Shown here: piece by piece, positions 8,391 through 16,135 of the stretch
Layout: each line of letters begins with the position of its first letter
Numbering within the stretch: position 1 is the first letter of the stretch
From: Sporopachydermia quercuum
Taxonomy: Eukaryota
Direction of reading: 5' to 3'
DNA: 20,000 nt
NCBI GenBank assembly: GCA_001599295.1
Contig: BCGN01000002.1
Coordinates: 2,214,777-2,234,776, forward strand
Made by a program: the position numbers and the translations under genes
The notes under the pieces: generated by a model
The model's database searches: none
What the model was told of the DNA's origin: nothing
What the model saw: the letters and a program-made list of their open reading frames with translations, nothing else

Positions 8391-9365
8391 ATGAGGGTGG
8401 TGGTAGAATCTATGGCAGGAGAAATCAATCGACTAGATGAAGATGTAGAAACAAATCAATTGATAGAGTTGTAGAAGATTGTAAAGTACTCTAGTCTTTT
8501 CTATGTTTATAAGATTCAGAAATTTTTCTTTCCAATGGCAAGGTCGAAAATGGTAGTAGCTTTTTTTCTTTCTTTACCTCCCGTGGTCCTCCCGTAGTTC
8601 TCCCGATAGGGTTCCCATAAGAGGTGGTTCAAGGAGTGATTTGCTCTTCTCTTTCCCTAGAAAACTCAATAAGAGCCACATGGTATACACATTACATACT
8701 AATCTTAAGAGGTATCAATCTAAATTTTCAACTGACAAAGAAAACAAATTATTTTCGACTTAGGTACAAATTACAGCGAATTTCAAAATGATACTTTTTT
8801 CAGTCATTCTCCTTGGTTGATTTAAAACATATTAAGTTAGTTAGCTCCCTCCCGCCTTAGATGCATTCTCTTGATATTTGCACTACTTCAAATTTCGGAA
8901 ATTATTCTTCTTATTATCTCCTACCCTAGTTTTGGACCTCCGGTCTCCCCACATTTTCAGACATCTCCCACTCTTAAATCGCAGAAATGGCCCACCGAGG
9001 ATTCAACTCACCTACTGCTTCCTCTTCTTCGTTTCTACATTTAATCGTCCTTTGGGATCTTCATAAGTTTTGCTGCTAAATACTTTCAATACTACTCAAT
9101 ATTAATCCGTACTACGAGTTTACTGTACTTTTGATTTTCTTCGAAGTNGGATACTAAGAAGATCAATCGGTAACACCTCATTGAGAAACTCAATTGATAT
9201 CNCACGATCTCAAATTGCCTTATTTCTTATTCTATTACTTTTTTATTCCTTTAGACTGATCTAGGTGTTTATTCGCACTTACAAGTCAATAATACCTTTA
9301 TCACTCTTCCTGATTCAATTTCAACAGCAAATCATCTCATTTATCATCTGCATCATCTTAGCATC

Positions 9366-10470
9366 ATGTCTGCATCTACGACTACCAGTTCTACTTCTAC
9401 GCCTATAGTTCGAACAGCGGCTTGTCTTATCATTGGCGATGAAATTTTAAACGGAAAAATCATTGATACCAATTCCCAGTACTTCGCAAAATACTGCTTC
9501 CAGCTGGGAATTGATGTTAAAAGAATTGAAGTGATTGGTGATGAAGAGGATGATATTATCAGATCGATTCAGTATATGTCTGAGAACTATGATTTCATTG
9601 TCACTTCTGGTGGGATTGGTCCTACACATGATGACTTGACATATGAAGCAAGTAAGTATTTTTTTGATAAGAGGAGTTTTTTGTTCGATGTAATATTATA
9701 ATATTATTTAGTCTATCTGATGAATAGTATCATCAAGTGGTACGATTTCTTTCCATATTATGATCTATTCCTTATCAGTCAGATCATCTTACTTTTTGTA
9801 ATTTCCTACTAACAGTCTCTTAGTTGCTAAAGCGTTTAATATGGCAGTGAAACTAGACCCTATAACAGTCGAACGAATGGATAGGCTCCGCAAGCGAACT
9901 ATTGCTAATATGACAGATGAAATTAAATCTGCTCAACATAGGATGGCCATTTTACCATATGGTGATTCAGCTGAATACTTATTTCCTATTGAAACTCTCT
10001 GGGTACCAATTGTGCGTATTGTGGGTAAAATACACATCCTCCCAGGGGTTCCCCAGCTGTTTCAGCAGCTTTTAGAATCGTTAAAGCAAGATTTAGAAGC
10101 AAGAACAGCAGTAGAAAGACGGTTTGTTCGTTTCTTCGTGTCTTGTGATCTTCCAGAGTCTGCAATGGCTCCTTATTTAACTAAGCTTCAAAATAAGGTA
10201 GACGATGATTACAAAAAGACCAAAGAAAATAGTAAAAGCCAAAATGATGCAAATTCTGGTGATGCGATTTATTATCCTGTTAAAATAGGTAGTTATCCTC
10301 ATATGGGGCTTCAAATCAATACTGTTAGTATTATTGGTCGTCAGAAGGATGTTGAATATCTTCGCAATATTGTAAAAGATGTTGAGAAGAATTTACAAGG
10401 GGAAGAGATCAGTGCAGAGCAGGAGAAAGCGTATTCAGCTAATAGGGACATTGTTAAACTTGGGAAATAA
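9366..10470 (+). CDS. FPY1: CinA/molybdopterin-binding (MoCF_biosynth) domain protein, Fpy1/Ymr178w-like FAD diphosphatase; 310 aa from exons 9366-9651 and 9824-10470
   Basis: TAACLIIGDEILNGKIIDTNS and FIVTSGGIGPTHDDLTYEA|IAKAF, then HILPGVPQLF and KIGSYPH. The two track ORFs (9366.. and 9841..) join in frame across one intron (286+647 = 933 nt). Syntenic with YMR178W. Confidence 0.9.
9652..9823 (+). other. Spliceosomal intron of the FPY1-like gene (172 nt, phase 1)
   Basis: GTAAGT at 9652, TACTAAC at 9807-9813, TAG at 9821-9823. Splicing restores YEA-I-AKAF. Confidence 0.92.
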
Positions 10471-10492
10471 GATAGTGTATATGAATCCGATA

Positions 10493-10528
10493 TATGATAT
10501 TATGGTATCATGGTATTATGGTAGTATG
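10493..10528. repeat. Degenerate 8-bp tandem repeat (TATGGTAT)x4.5 in the FPY1 3' region
   Basis: tatgatat/tatggtat/catggtat/tatggtag/tatg. Confidence 0.7.
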
Positions 10529-10977
10529 TGTGACAGTATTCGATTCTGCCTATTATTTATGATAGAAATTATTTAGAATCATATTTCCATCCATATGGGA
10601 AGACTACGGACTACCCGTTAAATATTCATAATTGTAGTATTACATATCAATTCATTCACCTGTGAAGACAACCCATCGTAATTCATTTGAATAAATCTGT
10701 CTGCCTGTTGCGTACCTCATTCATGAATGATCATAGCATGGATGCACTATTCTTGTAATTTATAATGGATTTAATTTTGTTCAAAGAACCTCTATNGTCA
10801 TTACTTCAAATAATCGAACGAATATGAACACTTATAAGTTTATTTATACCCATTTAAACACCCAATAAACTATAAATTGTTCTTTAAATAAAACTATACA
10901 TAAAAACAATCTCTATAACCCAAATAAAACTCAGTATAAACTAACATATTCTTTCCTGAATACACTTTCTATAACAT

Positions 10978-13900
10978 CTAATCATCTCCTTCATCGTCAG
11001 TGTCTGGTGGTCTTGGTGTACCTTTAGGCGATGATAACCATTGCAAATATCTTTGTCTTCTACGAGCATCTCTTTCTTTGATTTGGTTTCTAGTCAACTT
11101 CTTCTTTCTTTGACGGACTTTGATGTTAGCTGGTGAATCATCATCGGTTGGCTTTGGTGTATTGCTTCTTGTTGATGCTGCAGACCCGCTATCTGCTGCT
11201 GCTTCTGCTGCCGCTGTTGCTTCATCATTTCCTCCATCTTCAAATCGGCTACCATCGACAGCAACTTTACCTCTCTGAACAACTTCTCCGTTTTCAATAA
11301 TCCATTGTTCAGGGCATAATGCACCTACAAACTCATTGTTGTGGGAAATCATCACTACTCCTCCGTTCCATTCTCTAATAGCCATGGCTAAGCCCCCAAG
11401 AGAGTCACGATCAAGATAATTGGTAGGTTCATCTAAAACAAGTAAATGTGGCTTATTCCACATAGCTCCTGCAATGACTACTTTCACCAATTGCCCTCCA
11501 GACAATGATCCAAGAGGAGTATGATCTGCAATTTCAGAATCAAGTCCAACATCTTCAAAATGTTTAGAAATCACCGAAGGAACTAGTTCTCTGTACCCAA
11601 GACCTTCTCTAGAAGCTTCGTGATCGTCAAACTTCTGCACAAGCTTAATAAATCCTTCGTCAATAAGACGTTCTCTTGGGACCCATGAATTATACTTTGG
11701 AAGCCAGAATTTCCATTTGATTTCGTATTGGAAAGACTTTTTCAATTTCTGTCTTCCAACAATTGCTTCAATCTCCCGAGGTCCCCTTCCGTCTTGAATA
11801 TCAATTTCTTTGCTCATTTGCTCTTTCTCCTCGTCCGAGATCTTACGAGACTCTTTGAGTAAGACCTCCCGATCTTCTCCGAATTTATATCTCCACTGTA
11901 GATACTGATTAGCAGTTTTTTCCTTATGTTGTTCTACATGCTGAAGGGCATGCTGGGCAATATAGCCAATTCTGAGGTTAGGGTGTTTTTCTACTTTACC
12001 AGAGTCAGGAATAGTTTCCCCGGTCAACAATTTAATTAGCGTTGATTTTCCTGCTCCGTTCGGGCCCAAAATTGCGACTCTTGATGATAAAGATAATGAA
12101 CAGCTCACGTGTTTTAACGAAGGTTTACTAGCACCGGGATAAGTGAAAGTCACATCATTCAATCTTGCAACAGCTCTAGTGTTACTTTTAACACCAGTAA
12201 GTAAACCAGGTGAAGGGAAGGACATTTTAACGTTAGAATCAGTTAAAGTATAATATGATTTGCCTTCTGGTTTCACTTTCACGAATTCAGATAAATTTCC
12301 TTTATAATAAGCGAGCTTCTTGTTTTCGTAATGAATGATATCAGTACAAACAATGTCCAAAAAACCTGAATCGTGAGAAACAATTAAAGAAGTGATTTCA
12401 GTATGTTGAAGTAAATAATCCTGTAACCACTTAACGTTGGTGACATCTAAATGATTTGTAGGTTCATCCAAAAGTAAGATATCTGCCTTCATAAGCATGG
12501 CTCGAGCAAGTTCTAATTTCATTTTCCAACCACCAGATAAAGATCCTACATTTTGGTCTCTTCTTTCTTCATTGAAGCCGACTTCTTCCAAAGCATTAGC
12601 AATTGATTGTTTATCTACTCCTTGTAATTCACTGTCACTAGCTATGAATGAGACGAGATCCATATCTGCTTCTGAGCCTTGCAATTTATGTTCCACGAAA
12701 CAAGTACGCAGTTCACTTTTATCTGGAAATCCTTCTAATTTTCCTTGAGCAATTGATCTCATTAGCGTAGATTTTCCTGCACCGTTTCTTCCGCAAAGAC
12801 CATAACGATGTCCTTTCAATAATCGTAGAGTTGTTTTATTGAGTAACATTCTTCCGCCATAAGCCAATGAGAAATCAGTGTTCACAATCTCAATTCCATC
12901 ATCTTCAGCTTCGGTGGCAATTGTAATGTCTGCTAAGCTACGGAGCTCGGCAACAATAGCTGTGGCTGTATCTAAATCTGTTGATTCATTGTCAGAGCCT
13001 TCTATATTACCCTTATTTTCATTATCATGGGCAGAATTAAGTACCAATTGAATGAAAACCTGTAATTTCTTCCAATCACCTGAATTTGCCATTGTAGAAA
13101 TAACCGTAGCTATGTATAATTTTTCTGTTTCGCTGTCATTGCTTATTTTGCTGTTAAGCATTGGTAAAACGTCCAAAATAGTGAATCTCTTACTTAATAG
13201 CTTCTTATTCAATTCCTCTTCGCTATCAGCATCCTGCAACACCTTCATAGCCTTTTCGCCAAGTGATCTTACTTCGGGTAATGCAGCTGTTTCTACAACT
13301 TTCTTAATTCCTGGAAGCAAGAATGGGATAAATGGTTTGACTTCTCTTGGATCATTAACTAATCTGGTGAGATTTTCCACAACAATAACTGTTTGTCTAA
13401 GCAAGTCTTGTGAAGTTGACGACTGGTTCAAAGCTCTAACAAGAATGGGTACCAAAAGTGATAATGCTGGTTCAGTTACTTCCGCTACGAAGGTAACTTG
13501 AGATAAAGCTTTAATACATGGTTCAACCTGCTTTGGATCTGAGAGTGCTTTGATAATCAATCCGTACCTGGGGCCCAGATCCAAGTTATCTAGAATGGAA
13601 ACAAAAGCCGTGGTAGTTTTAGCTGCGCCACTGGCAAGTTCGGGTTTGAAATCGGTCATCATAGAGGTGAAAACTGGAATAGCAGAGACAAAAAGTCGTT
13701 CTAGGAGATCAGCAGGGACTTCTTCAATTATACGGTCAATGAGCTTCAGTAAAGCNAGTTTGGATTGCCATTTAGCTGAGGAGCTGAGGATTTTCAATAG
13801 CTCGGGAAATATTATTCCTGGAACTGCCTCTGGAGGGAATGCAGTGTATAATGAGTCAATGGCTGATTGAGCAGCTCTTTTAACAGCATTGTCCTTTTCA

Positions 13901-14589
13901 GCTAAAAGATCAAGTGGAAAGACAAAGAAATCTTGCAGGAAAGCTTCAGCAGGGCTTGCTTCTGAAAATTGGCGGGCCAAACCGGAAAGCAAAACCATTG
14001 AACCTTCTTTAGTAGCAGGAGTGTTTTTCGGCTTTGAGAACTTTTTTATATAGTGACCGATTTGCCAATTTTCGATAGCGGAAGGTCCCTTCTCAGCAAT
14101 TTTCTGAACAGTTTCTGTAGCAGCCTTGCGAGCAGCAATATTGGTTTTAGCTGAGCCGAGCTCTCCAAGTAGTTCGGTCACTGGAGAATGTTCAATTTCG
14201 TTTAAAGCGGAAGCCAATGAGGACAAAGAGGTACTTGACATGTTAGGAGTGTTCAATCCGGAAGAGGGGTCAACGTTACTAGCTGTGGAACTAAATCTAT
14301 CTGGTTGCGGAGTTCCAGCTCTAGAAGATCTTATAGAAGCATTAGAAGACTGACGGGATTGTTGATTGTAGTTCGCGTTTCGGTTGAAATTATGGGGTTG
14401 GCGGGGCTGTGGGGCAATTCCAGATACGAAATTTTGTCCGTGGTTTGGTACGTTTCCCTGTTGGTAACCTTGGCCGTAAGAATGATCAGCATTGTATCCG
14501 NTATACTGTTGATACTGTTGATTCTGAGGCTGACTCTTACCGGGTGGAACAAAAGGCGCAGCGCCCGGGTTAAATTTAGGTGGGGCCAT
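10978..14589 (-). CDS. NEW1: New1 (eEF3-like ABCF ATPase; S. pombe Elf1-like), 1203 aa
   Basis: Q/N/Y/G-rich N-terminus; HEAT region (TFVAEVTEPALSLLVPIL); ABC1 (GRNGAGKST, LSGGWKMKL, LLLDEPTNHLD); ABC2 (GPNGAGKST, LSGGQ, LVLDEPTNYLD) with chromodomain insert (IVGRQKLKKSFQYEIKWK); New1-specific C-terminus WLSSPKGTPRPPDTDDE. Confidence 0.97.
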   Translation of the reverse strand: MAPPKFNPGAAPFVPPGKSQPQNQQYQQYXGYNADHSYGQGYQQGNVPNHGQNFVSGIAPQPRQPHNFNRNANYNQQSRQSSNASIRSSRAGTPQPDRFSSTASNVDPSSGLNTPNMSSTSLSSLASALNEIEHSPVTELLGELGSAKTNIAARKAATETVQKIAEKGPSAIENWQIGHYIKKFSKPKNTPATKEGSMVLLSGLARQFSEASPAEAFLQDFFVFPLDLLAEKDNAVKRAAQSAIDSLYTAFPPEAVPGIIFPELLKILSSSAKWQSKXALLKLIDRIIEEVPADLLERLFVSAIPVFTSMMTDFKPELASGAAKTTTAFVSILDNLDLGPRYGLIIKALSDPKQVEPCIKALSQVTFVAEVTEPALSLLVPILVRALNQSSTSQDLLRQTVIVVENLTRLVNDPREVKPFIPFLLPGIKKVVETAALPEVRSLGEKAMKVLQDADSEEELNKKLLSKRFTILDVLPMLNSKISNDSETEKLYIATVISTMANSGDWKKLQVFIQLVLNSAHDNENKGNIEGSDNESTDLDTATAIVAELRSLADITIATEAEDDGIEIVNTDFSLAYGGRMLLNKTTLRLLKGHRYGLCGRNGAGKSTLMRSIAQGKLEGFPDKSELRTCFVEHKLQGSEADMDLVSFIASDSELQGVDKQSIANALEEVGFNEERRDQNVGSLSGGWKMKLELARAMLMKADILLLDEPTNHLDVTNVKWLQDYLLQHTEITSLIVSHDSGFLDIVCTDIIHYENKKLAYYKGNLSEFVKVKPEGKSYYTLTDSNVKMSFPSPGLLTGVKSNTRAVARLNDVTFTYPGASKPSLKHVSCSLSLSSRVAILGPNGAGKSTLIKLLTGETIPDSGKVEKHPNLRIGYIAQHALQHVEQHKEKTANQYLQWRYKFGEDREVLLKESRKISDEEKEQMSKEIDIQDGRGPREIEAIVGRQKLKKSFQYEIKWKFWLPKYNSWVPRERLIDEGFIKLVQKFDDHEASREGLGYRELVPSVISKHFEDVGLDSEIADHTPLGSLSGGQLVKVVIAGAMWNKPHLLVLDEPTNYLDRDSLGGLAMAIREWNGGVVMISHNNEFVGALCPEQWIIENGEVVQRGKVAVDGSRFEDGGNDEATAAAEAAADSGSAASTRSNTPKPTDDDSPANIKVRQRKKKLTRNQIKERDARRRQRYLQWLSSPKGTPRPPDTDDEGDD

Positions 14590-14729
14590 TCTGTCAATTG
14601 AAGTTGAGAAATAGTGGGATAATCCTTAATTTATTAACGATTTTAAAAAAAAAGTTTTAGTTATGTTAAAATGTTGATGGCTAGAAAGAACCAGAGAAGA
14701 AATATAAGGGCGTAATTAAAGTACACAAT

Positions 14730-14742
14730 AAAAAATTTTTCT
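14730..14742 (-). promoter_or_regulatory. RRPE-like element (AGAAAAATTTTTT on the minus strand) upstream of NEW1
   Basis: Matches the RRPE core GAAAAATTTT about 140 nt upstream of the ATG. A GATGAG (PAC core only) lies at 14849-14854. Could arise by chance in AT-rich DNA. Confidence 0.4.
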
Positions 14743-16135
14743 TTGTAGTCAGATATTTCGGAGATGATATTGGAACGTGTCAGAAACCGGAGAAGGTGAT
14801 TAGTTGCCAGAGATAATATGACGTGAGACCTGAAGTAATAAAATCTAAGATGAGACGTGAAACTGAACAAGATTAATAAGAGGAAAGTGATAATAAAAGG
14901 TGAGAGGTTACATTGGGAGAAACACTCGGGCGTGAATGCTATGTAGAAGAATAATTAGAATTGTTGTTGCTAGCAAGATTCCATTTTATAATTGCCTTGG
15001 AATTATCAAAACTNCAAAACTATTGATTCCTTCTGCGGACTGCTAACTTTGATTACTGCTGTGCGAGAATAAAAAGATCTCAAGAGTTATCCCGAACTAC
15101 TGATGAGAAAAGTCCAAGAATTGTTTCCGATATGTATATATAATTTCCGTATTGATTGTATCACTAAAGGAAGAACAAAGAGAAGAAAAAGTGAAGAAGA
15201 ACATTGTTATATACTCATTTACTACTAATTGAAAAAATGTACTGCTTTATCTGTATATTTAGTAATAATGTTTCCTACTACATTTTTTATTATAGATGCC
15301 AATATTTCACAATGACAAGCAGATAAGTAATCCGCAGACTATACTTGATCTCCCAGAAATGATACAGCTTCATCACCTCCTCAAGTTCGTCAGTGAACCA
15401 AAAATTTACTACAGGATTAATACAATTGGATCAACATTTTTGAGATCAATTAAGAGAATTCAAGATTATTTTATTAGTTCATATCAAGACCTTCTTAATA
15501 TTCATTCTTATAATTGTTAAAAAGTCTGCAGTAGGTATCATCATGGGCTTCTAAGATAACATCATCCAGAGGTACATAAATATTATATGCATATGCTACC
15601 AACAAACTCCTGCTTAATCGTCGTATTTTGAACAGAGTGAATCACAACTAANTATTATGTTCAGTACACTATTTTCTCTTAGTTCTTATTATCTCAAACA
15701 AAATAGTTCACTTTACAATAATGAACAATCAAATAACAAATATGATTCCCATATTCCATTCTCAATATCCTCTAAGATATAATACATACTATACATGCTA
15801 TACATTACATGTCTAAAAAGACTAGATACCGGTACTCAATAACAACTAGTACCAATTTGATTTTCATATTAGATACTCATACCAAGTACTAACCATGGTT
15901 TATTCTGGTGTAAAAATATTTTCATGATCGAGTAACAGGAACTGTCATATAGTTAAAACAATTCAACAATTAATCAGCAATAATATAAAATACTATTGAT
16001 TATCAAATCGGACCATTACGCACTTAAAGCTTTATTCATCTGCTTGAGCACATGGACCAGCGATCCAGTACTTTTAGTTTAGCCAGTGGATTTAATAATA
16101 AATACTATTAGGCGCATCGTTCAATCTCCAACCCA

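Noticed and set aside
8382..8520. CDEI-like ATCACGTG as a point centromere
   Set aside because: No ~80-nt >90% AT CDEII or CDEIII follows, and it lies in a divergent promoter.
9255..9365. In-frame upstream extension or extra 5' exon of FPY1 after the TTTAG at 9254
   Set aside because: No upstream ATG in frame, and no CTAAC branch point or GTAAGT donor like those of the other introns.
9718..9735. TGATGA-atagta-TCATCA hairpin / C box inside the FPY1 intron
   Set aside because: Only a 6-bp stem and no downstream CTGA on either strand in the right orientation; likely chance.
5593..10470. NEW1 neighbours end in Lys-rich termini (MMT AAG-AAG-TAA, FPY1 AAA-TAA, PBDC1 AAG-AAC-TGA), possible New1 clients
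   Set aside because: Lys is a very common C-terminal residue, and three genes cannot show enrichment.
15100..15132. CTGATGAG...CGATA resembling a hammerhead ribozyme core or a C box
   Set aside because: The required GAAA after stem II reads GATA, stem II does not close properly, stems I/III are not evident, and no downstream D box (CTGA) is in range.
15296..15520. 74-aa ORF divergent from NEW1, preceded by an acceptor-like TTATAG
   Set aside because: No recognisable domain, AT-rich intergenic-like composition, and no convincing donor or correctly spaced branch point.
15390..15544. Minus-strand ATGATGA...CTGA (~155 nt) snoRNA candidate
   Set aside because: No terminal stem, a very AT-rich interior and no recognisable guide.
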